Positions 10,609 through 20,518 of a stretch of 64,000 nucleotides of DNA are shown in pieces (within the stretch, counting starts at the first letter, position 1; every line of letters begins with the position of its first letter). The position numbers and the translations under genes were made by a program. This stretch comes from Vulcanimicrobiales bacterium (lineage in GTDB: Bacteria > Vulcanimicrobiota > Vulcanimicrobiia > Vulcanimicrobiales > Vulcanimicrobiaceae): contig JBBRLI010000003.1 of NCBI GenBank assembly GCA_038231455.1, forward strand, positions 96,001-160,000, in the 5' to 3' direction. Below the pieces are notes generated by a model. That model saw only the letters and a list, made by a program, of their open reading frames with translations. It did not search any database and was not told the DNA's origin.

Positions 10609-11262
10609 TTAAGCCATGCCGGTCTTGATTGCGTAGACCGCCGCTTGCGTGCGAGCTTGGACGTTGAGCTTCGAGAAGATCCGGCTGATGTGGTTCTTGA
10701 TGGTTTTCTCGGAAAGCTTGAGCTTGCCACCGATTTCTTTATTCGAAAGTCCGTGGGCGATGAGGCGCAGGATATCGGCCTCGCGTCCGGTCAGCTCGCC
10801 GACCCCGGCCGTCGAACCGCCGCCGGCGACGACGTACCGGCGTTTGAGCATGCGCCCGGCGACCCGGGGATCGACGTAAGACGAACCGCCAGCCAGCACG
10901 CGGAACGCGAGGTCGAGCTCGTTTGGCGACATATCCTTGACGAGAAAACCGTCGGCGCCTGAGGCGATGCTACGCTGCATGACATCGGCGTTGGCGAAGC
11001 TCGAAAGAACCGCAACGCGGATATCCGGATCGACCCCATGAGCGATCGCAATCGCCTCAGCGACGTCGTGGAGCGCGTTATCGAGCCCGAAGACGATCAA
11101 TTCGGGACGTGTGCGGCGCAGATCGTCCGCCTTGATCTCGGATGCATCGCCGACGACGCGCACGAGCGGATTGCCTGCGAAATACACGTGCAATGCCCGC
11201 GCAATGAGCGCTTGACGCTCCACCACGAAGACACGAATCGGTACCAGGTCATGCGCGATCAA
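10609..11262 (-). CDS. NarL/LuxR-family response regulator with degenerate receiver domain
   Basis: C-terminal LuxR HTH (LTGREADIL...SNKEIG...TIKNH). TTG start with GGAGG upstream. Confidence 0.88.
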   Translation of the reverse strand: MIAHDLVPIRVFVVERQALIARALHVYFAGNPLVRVVGDASEIKADDLRRTRPELIVFGLDNALHDVAEAIAIAHGVDPDIRVAVLSSFANADVMQRSIASGADGFLVKDMSPNELDLAFRVLAGGSSYVDPRVAGRMLKRRYVVAGGGSTAGVGELTGREADILRLIAHGLSNKEIGGKLKLSEKTIKNHISRIFSKLNVQARTQAAVYAIKTGMA

Positions 11263-11376
11263 GAAGTCCCTCCGGTGATTTGTCGATAGGCCGTCAGTCC
11301 CAAGTTACCCGGGCCTACTACGTTATGGCTAATTAAGATTCGATTTAAACGTGCGGGAACCGGATTTTGACAATTG

Positions 11377-11408
11377 AAAAACCCGGCAGTTCTGCGCTGC
11401 CGGGTTTT
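11377..11408 (-). terminator. Intrinsic terminator of the EPS operon (possibly bidirectional)
   Basis: AAAACCCGGCAG-loop-CTGCCGGGTTTT stem with A/T tracts, just past the wzc stop. Confidence 0.8.
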
Positions 11409-11430
11409 GGCCAAGTGCTCGGTTCCTCGA

Positions 11431-13626
11431 CTAGGCGGGGAGCGAGACGGTGTGGCCGGCGCCTAGGTAATACTCCGAGTACGCGCGGCGTTCGGGTTTG
11501 GTGCGGTTGAGCACGACGCCGATGAGGTTAAGACTTCCAACTGAGCCGAGTTTTTCGAGGGCGATATTCGCCGCGCGCCCGTCGGTTTGCGCAGCCGAGA
11601 TTACTAGCACCGTTCCGTCGGCTTTCATTCCGAGTACGGCTCCGTCGATGATCGGCTCGAGTGCGGGCGCATCGATGATGACGAAGTCGAATTGATCGCG
11701 TGCTGTTTTGAGGAGTCGGTCGAACGCCTCGCCTTGGATAAGCGCGAGAGGATTTGGTGCGCGCGTACCGCTCGTGAGCGTCCACACGCCGTCGTGTCCG
11801 CTCGGACGCACGGCGTCCTCAAAGGTCGCTAGCCCGACGAGGACATCGGAGAGACCCGCGTTGTTCGCAAGATCGAGTTTGGTGTGGATCGTCGGACGAC
11901 GAAGGTCGGCATCGATGATGAGTACGCGCGCGTTGAGCTGCGCCATACTTACGGCGATGTTAACGGCGATCGTTGATTTCCCATCGCCCTTGTGCGGCGA
12001 GGTAATCGCGATCGAGCGAGGCGCGGTGGCTGAGGAATAGCGTAGTGCGGTAACGAGTTCCAGGTACGATTCCACCGCCATCGCATCGAGCCATGAATCG
12101 GTGCTACCATCCGGCTTGCCATCTGCCGATTTTTTGCCTGCGCCAAGACCCAGGGCCGGAATCGACGCGAGCACCGGAACGCCGAGGCGTTCTTTTACGT
12201 CTTCTTCGGTGCGGAAGCGATCGTCGAGGAATTCCAGACCGAAAACGGCGCCGAGACCCAGGATCAAACCGACGAGCAAAGCCGCGCCGATGTTGAGTGG
12301 GACATTCGGCGTAACGCGCGCAAAATTCGGATCCGCTTGCTGCGTGATCGTCACATCGCTGAGGGCTGTCGTGCTCGAGAGCGATGCATCGGCGTATTTC
12401 TTTTCGAGTGTATTGTACACGTCTTCGGCGGCTTTGGCATCGCGCTGAAGCGATGCGATGCGCTGTTGGCGCTCGGGGAGCGCGGTAACGTTCGATTGCA
12501 TTGCGCCGCGTTGCCCGCGGGCGGTTGCGGCCTGCGATTGCGCTGACTGCACTTGCGCGCGAAGCGTCGCGGCTTGCTGCGAGAGCTGCTGCCACAGGGG
12601 ATTGGGAATGCTTTGCGTTCCTGAGACGACCGTCGCGCTCTGTTTTGCCGCCTGTGCTTGCAGCGCGGCGAGCTGGCGCTCACCGGCGATCACCGTCGGA
12701 TGCGATTCCGTATATTGTTTGCGAGCGGCATCGAGGTTAGCTTGCGCCTGTGCGATTTGCTGCGCGAGCGCTTGTGCAACGGGATTTGCAGCGACGCTGC
12801 TCTGCCCGACGATCGTCCGGGGCGTCGCAGCGAGTTGGCTCTGCACGCTTGCGAGCTGCGCGGTTGCCATACGGCCGTCCATATCAGCCTGCGATGCTTT
12901 GGCATCGAGCGTTGCGGCTTGACCCAACTGTGCGCTGATCTGCGTTGGCAAATCGGCGATCCCGTAGCGCTGTTCGTACGAACGGAGTGCGTTTTGGGCT
13001 CCGCGCATTTTCTGTTCGGCGATCGGGATCTGCGTTTGCAAAAAACTAATGGCGGAATCTGCCTGGTGGGCGACGAGCCCCCGTTCGCGGTCGACGAAGA
13101 CGCTCGCAAACGTGTTCGCGATTTTGGCCGACTCTTCGGCTGAATTCCACGACACATCGACGCCAATAATTGCGGTATTGGTGATCGGTTTGATCGCAAC
13201 GTGGTGGAGCAAATCATCGGGGGAAACCTTGAGATTAAGGCGATTGACCACTTCGCGTGCGATCGGCGATTCGTGCAATAGCTCGGCATAGGTCTCAGAA
13301 GACTGGACGCCGCTAGCGCTGAGTAAAGCGTTGAGAACCGGTAAGCTCGTATCGGTATTTTGTGCGCTCGCTGTCGCGCTATTATTACCCGCAATCATCT
13401 TCACGCCGGTCGTGTACGATTTGTGCTTGAGCAGCGTGAGCACAGCAACGAGTGCGACGACGCCGACGACGATCGAGAAGAAGAGCACGCGCCGACGTAC
13501 GAGCACGTTCCAAAGGCGCGGGACATCGATGTCGCGCGGAGCCGCGCCAAAGGCGTTGGCGTTAGCGAACGCTGCAGGCTGCGGTACATCCGCGGGCGTC
13601 GCGAGCGCGTAGTTGTTGCGTTTCAT
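11431..13626 (-). CDS. Wzc/GumC-type polysaccharide co-polymerase with BY-kinase domain
   Basis: Two TM helices flank a long coiled coil. Walker A GDGKST, DADLRRP and a Tyr-rich tail (YSEYY). Confidence 0.9.
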   Translation of the reverse strand: MKRNNYALATPADVPQPAAFANANAFGAAPRDIDVPRLWNVLVRRRVLFFSIVVGVVALVAVLTLLKHKSYTTGVKMIAGNNSATASAQNTDTSLPVLNALLSASGVQSSETYAELLHESPIAREVVNRLNLKVSPDDLLHHVAIKPITNTAIIGVDVSWNSAEESAKIANTFASVFVDRERGLVAHQADSAISFLQTQIPIAEQKMRGAQNALRSYEQRYGIADLPTQISAQLGQAATLDAKASQADMDGRMATAQLASVQSQLAATPRTIVGQSSVAANPVAQALAQQIAQAQANLDAARKQYTESHPTVIAGERQLAALQAQAAKQSATVVSGTQSIPNPLWQQLSQQAATLRAQVQSAQSQAATARGQRGAMQSNVTALPERQQRIASLQRDAKAAEDVYNTLEKKYADASLSSTTALSDVTITQQADPNFARVTPNVPLNIGAALLVGLILGLGAVFGLEFLDDRFRTEEDVKERLGVPVLASIPALGLGAGKKSADGKPDGSTDSWLDAMAVESYLELVTALRYSSATAPRSIAITSPHKGDGKSTIAVNIAVSMAQLNARVLIIDADLRRPTIHTKLDLANNAGLSDVLVGLATFEDAVRPSGHDGVWTLTSGTRAPNPLALIQGEAFDRLLKTARDQFDFVIIDAPALEPIIDGAVLGMKADGTVLVISAAQTDGRAANIALEKLGSVGSLNLIGVVLNRTKPERRAYSEYYLGAGHTVSLPA

Positions 13627-13644
13627 GTACAGCGAGTCTCCGGT

Positions 13645-14529
13645 TTACGGCAAGCCGACGAGATGTCGTAGTGAGAAGAGGACTCCCAGCGGACCCGAGA
13701 CGCCATCGCGGCGCCCGCCGGCGGCGGGGACATAGACCAAATCGTTTTTCTGCATCACGATGTCGCGTGCGACATCGCCGTTTTTGAGCACGTCGTAGAG
13801 ATTGACGCTCATCGTTTCCGGCGTGCCGTCCGCGCGCAGGCGTCGGATGGTGATGTGGTTAAGGTCGGCGTTCGAATTCACGCCGTTGCCCGCACGCGCA
13901 AGCGCCATCGAAAGTCGGTCACCTTCGCGCACGGTGACGTCGCCGGGGTGATCCACCGCGCCGAGGACTTGGACGTTCAGGGTGAGCGGGCTTGGCACGT
14001 AGACCGTCGTCTTATCGCTTAGCTCGAGATTTTGCGTGACATCGCCGGTGTGCAAGAGCCCCTGCAACGAGGCTTCTTTTACCACGCCGCCGTCAGTCGA
14101 GAGGCGCGCGGTCGGCAGGTCGCCGTCGGTGATGCCAAGCCCTCCGGCGCTTGCGAGGGCATCCGTGAGATGGCTGCGCGAACGTAATTCGTATTTGCCG
14201 GGCGTCTTGACGTTGCCGAGCACCAAGACCTCGATCGGGCCTTCAAGCGCTACCGCCACGGTGACGTTTGGCTTGCGAATAAATTTGCTCAATTTGCCCG
14301 CGATCCGCTCGGAGGCTTGCGTCGGTGTAAGCCCGTCGAGCGAGACTTCTCCGATAAGCGGATACGCGATCGAGCCGCCCGGGAGGACTTTGACCGTTTG
14401 CGTTAGCGACGTATCGCCATACACAACCACGCTGAGCTGGTCGCCCGGATGGATGCGATAGGCGTCATCGGCCAGGGCGGGGAGACATGTCAGCGCGAGG
14501 ACGGCGGTAAGCGAAAGAAGTCGTTTCAC
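13645..14529 (-). CDS. Wza-like polysaccharide export protein (Poly_export + SLBB)
   Basis: Signal peptide, YRIHPGDQL...YPLIG and SLBB repeats (VLGNVKTPG, VLGAVDHPG). Confidence 0.88.
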   Translation of the reverse strand: MKRLLSLTAVLALTCLPALADDAYRIHPGDQLSVVVYGDTSLTQTVKVLPGGSIAYPLIGEVSLDGLTPTQASERIAGKLSKFIRKPNVTVAVALEGPIEVLVLGNVKTPGKYELRSRSHLTDALASAGGLGITDGDLPTARLSTDGGVVKEASLQGLLHTGDVTQNLELSDKTTVYVPSPLTLNVQVLGAVDHPGDVTVREGDRLSMALARAGNGVNSNADLNHITIRRLRADGTPETMSVNLYDVLKNGDVARDIVMQKNDLVYVPAAGGRRDGVSGPLGVLFSLRHLVGLP

Positions 14530-14561
14530 GTTAGCAAGCGTACCGCGCCTTGGCTGCCAAC

Positions 14562-15818
14562 TTACGTCCGGCTATTCCCTGTGCGTCGGGACTTCGGTCC
14601 CAATCCGGCAGGAACGCCGCGAACCACCGGTGTTGCCGCGTCGATCAGCGCGGCGAGCGCGCGTGTCGTCGCCCCGGTGGAGAACTCTTGCTCGACACGA
14701 GCCCTCCCGGCGGCGCCTAGCTTGAGCCGGAGGTCCCGGTCTTCGGCGAGCGTATCGATTGCGGCCGCCAGCTGCGAGGGGTCGCGCTGTTCGACGAGGA
14801 TGCCGCAAGAAGCATCCACGAGTTCGACCGTACTGCCGGTGCGTGTCGCGACGACCGGAAGTCCCGCGCCCATCGCCTCCATCATTGCAACCGGGATGCC
14901 TTCGTGTTCGCCCGGCGTCTCGGTGCTCGCTAAGACCGAGCAGTCGTACGTGCCATCGGCGAGCGCGCGCATCATCTGCGCGTGCGGGAAATTTCCGAGC
15001 AGCCGTATGCGATCGGCGAGCCCCGCGCGTTCGATGTGCGCTTGGATCTCGTCGTGGAGTTCGCCGACACCCGCGAAATCGCACGTAAAATCCAGCCCCC
15101 GATCGCGCAGCGCGTGGAGCGCATCGATGAGATATCGGTGGCCTTTCCAGTGCACGAGGCGTGCGGCGCTGAGGATGCGGAAGGATGCGCGCGGCGGGGG
15201 CGGCGTGCAGAGATCGGGGAGGTCGATCCCCAAGTGGACGACGGTACACCGTCGCGCGGCGGCCGGCGTGAGTTGTTCTTGAAGATGGAAGCAGTTGCGT
15301 TTGGAAATTACCCGCGTGAACGCAGCGCTGAGAACTTTTTCTTCGAGCATGTTGCCCGCGAAGATGTCGTGTTGGTGTGCGGTGATGCTCCAGGGAATAC
15401 CGGTTAGCCGGTGGGCGACGTATCCGAGCGTCGCGGGCGTCGTGATCCACTGCACGTGGATATGCTCGATTCCCAACCGCCGGACGTCCGCGGCGAACGC
15501 CAGGGCTTTTGGAAATATAACGAGGTTTTTTAGCTTCGCATCAAGTCGGTATGATGAAATTAGTACGTTTGTAAACGTAGCGATCACCCGGTACGGGTTG
15601 CGGGCGAATTCTGCAAGTGCGAGCTGCACGACCGATCGATCGAATGTCGCACGTGGATGCGCCGCTACCCCTAAATCGTCGTAGAGCGGCGTTGCTTGTG
15701 TCGGACGCGTTGCGAAAAGCGTCACGTCCGCGTATGATGCCAGCGACTTCACTTCTGGTCGGAAAAACGTCTCCGTTATCCCAAAGGGGAACGTCGTTGC
15801 AAGATACGCGAGTTTCAT
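14562..15818 (-). CDS. GT4 glycosyltransferase (WcaL-like)
   Basis: EGIPVAMMEAM and ARLVHWKG motifs. Confidence 0.88.
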   Translation of the reverse strand: MKLAYLATTFPFGITETFFRPEVKSLASYADVTLFATRPTQATPLYDDLGVAAHPRATFDRSVVQLALAEFARNPYRVIATFTNVLISSYRLDAKLKNLVIFPKALAFAADVRRLGIEHIHVQWITTPATLGYVAHRLTGIPWSITAHQHDIFAGNMLEEKVLSAAFTRVISKRNCFHLQEQLTPAAARRCTVVHLGIDLPDLCTPPPPRASFRILSAARLVHWKGHRYLIDALHALRDRGLDFTCDFAGVGELHDEIQAHIERAGLADRIRLLGNFPHAQMMRALADGTYDCSVLASTETPGEHEGIPVAMMEAMGAGLPVVATRTGSTVELVDASCGILVEQRDPSQLAAAIDTLAEDRDLRLKLGAAGRARVEQEFSTGATTRALAALIDAATPVVRGVPAGLGPKSRRTGNSRT

Positions 15819-16936
15819 CTTCCGGCAAGCTCGTGGTAGAGATCGGCGTGGGCGCGCGCGGTGCGCCGCAAGTCGAAGCGCGCGGCGGCATAGCGTCGCG
15901 CGTTCGAACGTACGCGAACGCGCAAGGCATCATCGAGGGCGGCGCGATCGAAGGCCGCTGCGAGCGCCGTCGGCGTAAAGTCCCGCGCGAGATAGCCCGT
16001 TTCGCCGTCGGTAATGAAGTCCGAGGCGCCCTCCCAGGGTGTCGAGATCGCCGGAAGTCCGTCGAACATCGCCTCGCCGAGCGCCAGCGGCATGCGTTCC
16101 CATAGTGAGGGAAGCACGTAGGCGTCCATCGCGCCGCCGATCCGTCGCACGTCCGTACGATAGCCGAGGAAGTGGACGCGCTCGGCAACGCCGCTTTCCG
16201 CCGCGATCTCGCGCAGCATCGCTGCGTCCGGTCCGTCGCCTGCGAGCACGAGGTGCAACCGACCGACGCGCGATTCTCGCAATGCCGCAATCGCCAAGCG
16301 TTGGTTTTTCTGCGTTGCAAGTCGAGCGGGGGCGAAAAGCGCGAAAGCATCGCGTGGAATGCCGAGTTCATCGCGCAAAACATTCCGATCGGCGATCGCA
16401 CCCGGTGGTGCGATGCCGTTGGGGATCACGGCAATCCGTGCGTCGGCCACGTGTTCGCTTGCGCCAAACGCGCGCCGCTGCGATTCGGTAAAAACGACGA
16501 ATCGCGCCGTTTGTGGATGTAAGAAGCGATTGATCGCGTCTCGGAGCGGTCCACCGGCCTCATCGCCATGTTCGGTGAAAACGATTGCTGGAACGCGCGC
16601 GACTAGCGCCGCAAGTCGGCCCGCATACTTTCCGGTGTGGAGATGGGCGTGCACCACATCGGGCCGAAGCGCGCGCAACGTTGCGACAAGACGCGGCCAA
16701 TATCCGTAATCACCGCGTTTCGTGCGACCGATTTCGACGATAGGCACGCCGAGTTCCGCGCGTTCGCTCTCGCTAAGGCGCGAACCATAGACCGAGACGA
16801 GCGTGACATCGACGCCTTCGTCGATCAAGCGCGGCGCGAGCGCGCGGACGAGTGCCTCGGCTCCGCCTTCACGCAAATTGGCGCAGAGATGAACGACGTG
16901 CAGCCGCCGCTGCGGCGGCAGTTCGGAGGCAATCAT
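15815..16936 (-). CDS. GT4 glycosyltransferase
   Basis: GGAE, VVHAH, IPNG and PSLWERMPLALGEAM motifs. Confidence 0.88.
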   Translation of the reverse strand: MIASELPPQRRLHVVHLCANLREGGAEALVRALAPRLIDEGVDVTLVSVYGSRLSESERAELGVPIVEIGRTKRGDYGYWPRLVATLRALRPDVVHAHLHTGKYAGRLAALVARVPAIVFTEHGDEAGGPLRDAINRFLHPQTARFVVFTESQRRAFGASEHVADARIAVIPNGIAPPGAIADRNVLRDELGIPRDAFALFAPARLATQKNQRLAIAALRESRVGRLHLVLAGDGPDAAMLREIAAESGVAERVHFLGYRTDVRRIGGAMDAYVLPSLWERMPLALGEAMFDGLPAISTPWEGASDFITDGETGYLARDFTPTALAAAFDRAALDDALRVRVRSNARRYAAARFDLRRTARAHADLYHELAGR

Positions 16937-17048
16937 AGATGAACGGACCGTACCGCTGCTTGCTCGTACTCAAAGCGTCGCTACGCCTGAGGCGACGAGG
17001 ACTTTGGTCCCAGCGGCGCTCGCTTGATTGTGGGTATGTCGATCGGGC

Positions 17049-18011
17049 ATGAACCGGCTTGCCATCGTCATTCCGGCGCACAATGAGGCCGCGCATCTTC
17101 CCTCAGTCCTCGCGAGCATTGCGGCACAAACGTTCGACCGCGAGCGTTTGCGCGTAATTATCGTCGACGATTCGTCGAGCGATGCGACCGGAGCGATCGC
17201 TCGGGACTGGCTGGTACGTGAGGGAGTAGCGGGTGATGTCGTCCGCGTCGAAGCGCGGTCGATACCGAGAACGCTGAACGCCGGGATCGCCCGGGCGCAT
17301 GACGATGAGATCGTCGTGCGGCTCGACGCGCATACGACATATGCCCCGGACTACCTCGCTTGCATCGATGCAGCATTCGACGCTTTCGGTGCGACCGTCT
17401 GGGTTGTTGGGGGCGCGCAACGTCCATCGCCCGGCACGACCCCCGCGGAGCGTCTTATCGTCTCGCTGATGACCTCACGCATGGGGCTCGGCGGCGCCGC
17501 ATTCCGTACCGCGACGCAAGCGCAGCAAGCGACGAGCGTCTACCTCGGCGCGTTCCGCGCGGGCGTGCTTCAGCGGATCAGCGGTTACGACGAGACGTGG
17601 CTTGCCAATGAAGATGCCGAACTTGCCGCGCGGGTCGCCGCGGCGGGAGGCGAGATTTGGTGGATCCCGCTCGAGAGTGCGTACCGCGTCAATCGGGGGC
17701 CGCGGCGGACACTCGTCCAACTCGCACGTTACGGCTATTGGCGCGGGCGAACGTTACGCCGTCATCCGCGGCTGGCACGCCTCCGGCATGTAGCTCCGCC
17801 GCTAGCACTCATTGCCGCAACGACCCTTGCCATGCGCGGCGCTTGGCGCATGCTCGCGTTCGGTGCGCTTGTCTATTCGGCCGGCGTGATCGCGCAGCGT
17901 CCGCGTGACGAACGTCGTGGGACGACGGCGGCCGCGTTGGTGTTCTTTCCGCTCGCGCACGCCGCATTCGCCCTGGGGCTCATTCGGGGACTCGCTACCG
18001 CGCAGGCGTGA
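17049..18011 (+). CDS. GT2 glycosyltransferase (ExoA-like)
   Basis: IVIPAHNE, VDDSSSD, RLDAH and NEDAEL motifs with C-terminal TM helices. It lies on the opposite strand to its neighbours. Confidence 0.85.
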   Translation: MNRLAIVIPAHNEAAHLPSVLASIAAQTFDRERLRVIIVDDSSSDATGAIARDWLVREGVAGDVVRVEARSIPRTLNAGIARAHDDEIVVRLDAHTTYAPDYLACIDAAFDAFGATVWVVGGAQRPSPGTTPAERLIVSLMTSRMGLGGAAFRTATQAQQATSVYLGAFRAGVLQRISGYDETWLANEDAELAARVAAAGGEIWWIPLESAYRVNRGPRRTLVQLARYGYWRGRTLRRHPRLARLRHVAPPLALIAATTLAMRGAWRMLAFGALVYSAGVIAQRPRDERRGTTAAALVFFPLAHAAFALGLIRGLATAQA

Positions 18012-19323
18012 GGGCCGGTTTCCGCTCTTGTGGCGGGTCGGCGGATCTGGCGAATGGCGCCCGCGCCATCTGCGTGCGCGCGCGAGCACGAGTGAACAGG
18101 CGCGGCATCGCGGCGTTCGTTGCGAGTGCCGACATCGAGAGCGCGAGCCATAAGTATTTGAACGTCAACGTGTCGAGGAAGAACGACGCCACAAAGAGTG
18201 CGAAAACCGCAGCTTCGATCCCAACGCGTGTCGGCATGCCGTCGAACGCGACGGGAACGCGGCGCATATCGCGCCACGACGAGTACCACGCGTACACTAA
18301 AAGCGCAACGCCGAGCAGTCCGAGTTCCACCGATGTTCCGATGAGGACGTTGTGTGAGGGACGCGACCAGCCTTGAAACACGGCTTGATAGCCGTTTAAG
18401 AACATGCGATCGTATGCGGTTGGGAATGCGCCGATCCCAGCACCAATCAGCCAATGATCGGCGAGCGCTTTGAGCCCGATATTCCAGATGAACACGCGGC
18501 CCGCGCCCATCCCTTGAGTCGGATCGGAGAAGCGTTGCCACACGGTCGGAAAAGCGGCACTGATCGCCAGTGCGATCAGTCCCAGCCCGACGATTTGCAA
18601 CCGCCGGCGCGAACGCCAAGCGATGTACACGAGCATCATGCCAAGCGAAATGAACGCACCGCGCGAGCCGCTCAGGAGCAAACCGCCCGTCATCACGACG
18701 ACGGCCACAAGGCTCAGGACGCGGCCAAGAACCTTTCCGCGCGCAAGCGCAATGACGAGCGCAAGGGCAATGGGGAGGAGCAACGCTGCGGCATAGTGAT
18801 TCGGATCTACGGTGAGCCCGGTGGAACTCGTAATCGAAAGCCGCTCTTCAAAGCGGTTGCCTTGCGTGTATAAATAGAGACCGTAACATGCCGAGCCGAT
18901 CCCGCTAAGAATAACGACCGTCGTAAGGCGCTTGAATTCGCCAGGCGTGACCGGATAGATCGCGAGGAGCGAAAAGAGCAAGAAGAGCTGGAAGATCTGT
19001 CCGAAGGTCGTCGTCGTCAGCGCACTGTCGATCGTCCAGATGGCCGTCAGCGCCATCCAACCGACGAGTACGAGCCAAAAATACCACGCCCGCGGCGGAG
19101 CGACCGCGCGACGCAAGAGCGCGATTCGGAAAACCAGCGCGAGCGCGCTTACGATTGCGAGACCGCGGACCAGCGTCGCGCCGTTATTGCCGAGCACGTT
19201 GTCGAATGGAATGAGCGCTACGTAGACGCCGAACGGCACGATCAGCGGCGCGCGCAATGCAAAAAGAAAAGCCAACGGCACGAGGATCGCGGCAGCGACG
19301 ATTTCGGGGGCGATTAAGTCCAT
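17995..19323 (-). CDS. O-antigen ligase/Wzy polymerase family membrane protein
   Basis: Multi-TM protein with DPN, SGSRG, R..IW...GAGIGAF and SHN motifs. Confidence 0.85.
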   Translation of the reverse strand: MDLIAPEIVAAAILVPLAFLFALRAPLIVPFGVYVALIPFDNVLGNNGATLVRGLAIVSALALVFRIALLRRAVAPPRAWYFWLVLVGWMALTAIWTIDSALTTTTFGQIFQLFLLFSLLAIYPVTPGEFKRLTTVVILSGIGSACYGLYLYTQGNRFEERLSITSSTGLTVDPNHYAAALLLPIALALVIALARGKVLGRVLSLVAVVVMTGGLLLSGSRGAFISLGMMLVYIAWRSRRRLQIVGLGLIALAISAAFPTVWQRFSDPTQGMGAGRVFIWNIGLKALADHWLIGAGIGAFPTAYDRMFLNGYQAVFQGWSRPSHNVLIGTSVELGLLGVALLVYAWYSSWRDMRRVPVAFDGMPTRVGIEAAVFALFVASFFLDTLTFKYLWLALSMSALATNAAMPRLFTRARARTQMARAPFARSADPPQERKPALTPAR

Positions 19324-19369
19324 GGCGACTTTCTAGAAGCGGGCGAACGCACGTCGAACGTACCCCGGA

Positions 19370-20518
19370 TCAGCGAGCGCCAACCGCAGCTGGACCTTGG
19401 TTGGGAAGTAGCGCCGTCGTTTGAGCGATGATGCGAGCCGCCCGGTCCCAGCCGAAGTGGCGTGCATACCGCTCGCTCGCCGCGCGTCCCATGCGAGCAC
19501 GCAGTTCGCTGCTTGCCAGAAGCGCACGCAACGAGCGTGTTAGCTCCGGCACATCGCCCTGCGTGTGAACGAAACCCGTTTCGCCGGCCTCGACGATCTC
19601 CGGCATCGCGCACTGATCCGAGACGACGCAGGGCAGTGCATGTGCCATCGCTTCGAGGAAGACGATTCCGAACGGTTCGTAGAGCGAGGGCATCGCAAAA
19701 ATCGTCGCTCGTCCGTACTCGTGTAAGAGCCGGTTGAGTCCGGCATCGGTATCCGTATCAAGCGGTCCGATGAACGCGACCCCATCGGGCAAACGTCCGA
19801 TCGTTTTTGGCCCGACGATCGTGAGTGTCGCCTCGGGCACGTCGCGACGAGCGCGTTCGAATGCACGCAGCAACACATCGCCGCCTTTCCGATTGAATTC
19901 TTTGCCGACGAAGAGGATCGCCGGATCTTCGTACGATTTGCCGTCCGTCGCCGCTAGCTGCCGGAGGTTCACGCCGGCGCCCGCGACCGTGATCTTTTCC
20001 GGAGGTACGTCAAAATCGGAAACGAGGGTGCCTTTCGCCCACGCACTCATGGTGAAGAGATGATCGACCTCGGCGTAGAGTCGCCGCTCGTAGGCAAGAC
20101 CGTCGGCGAAATCCGATCGGTTCGGATCACCGGCGTAAGGACTCTTGAGATAGGTCGCTAGCGTCGCGTCGTGATACGAAATGGTCAAACGTCCCGGGAG
20201 TCGCGCGAGGTTATAGAACGCGGCGATCTGCAGGACAACATCGTAGCGTTCGGGATCGAACTCGCGCAGACGTCCTTTTGCAACGCTACTGTTGTGCCGA
20301 AAAAGGTCGGTGCGCTGGCGATAACGCTGCACCCACTTCGCGCGGTCGCGCCGGAAGCTGAGCGCTTTGTAGTAGAGTTGCGCTGCCGCCGACGGCTGTG
20401 CAGAGACCGCGCCGAACGCAGCATCGCGATCGCGAAGTGCGCGAAAAAGCCCCGCACTCGAACCCGAGAACGTCTTGGAACTGTACGGATCGCCGAGCGT
20501 GACCCCGACGATGCTCAT
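19370..20518 (-). CDS. GT4 glycosyltransferase
   Basis: RKGG and EPFGIVFLEAM motifs. Confidence 0.88.
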   Translation of the reverse strand: MSIVGVTLGDPYSSKTFSGSSAGLFRALRDRDAAFGAVSAQPSAAAQLYYKALSFRRDRAKWVQRYRQRTDLFRHNSSVAKGRLREFDPERYDVVLQIAAFYNLARLPGRLTISYHDATLATYLKSPYAGDPNRSDFADGLAYERRLYAEVDHLFTMSAWAKGTLVSDFDVPPEKITVAGAGVNLRQLAATDGKSYEDPAILFVGKEFNRKGGDVLLRAFERARRDVPEATLTIVGPKTIGRLPDGVAFIGPLDTDTDAGLNRLLHEYGRATIFAMPSLYEPFGIVFLEAMAHALPCVVSDQCAMPEIVEAGETGFVHTQGDVPELTRSLRALLASSELRARMGRAASERYARHFGWDRAARIIAQTTALLPNQGPAAVGAR

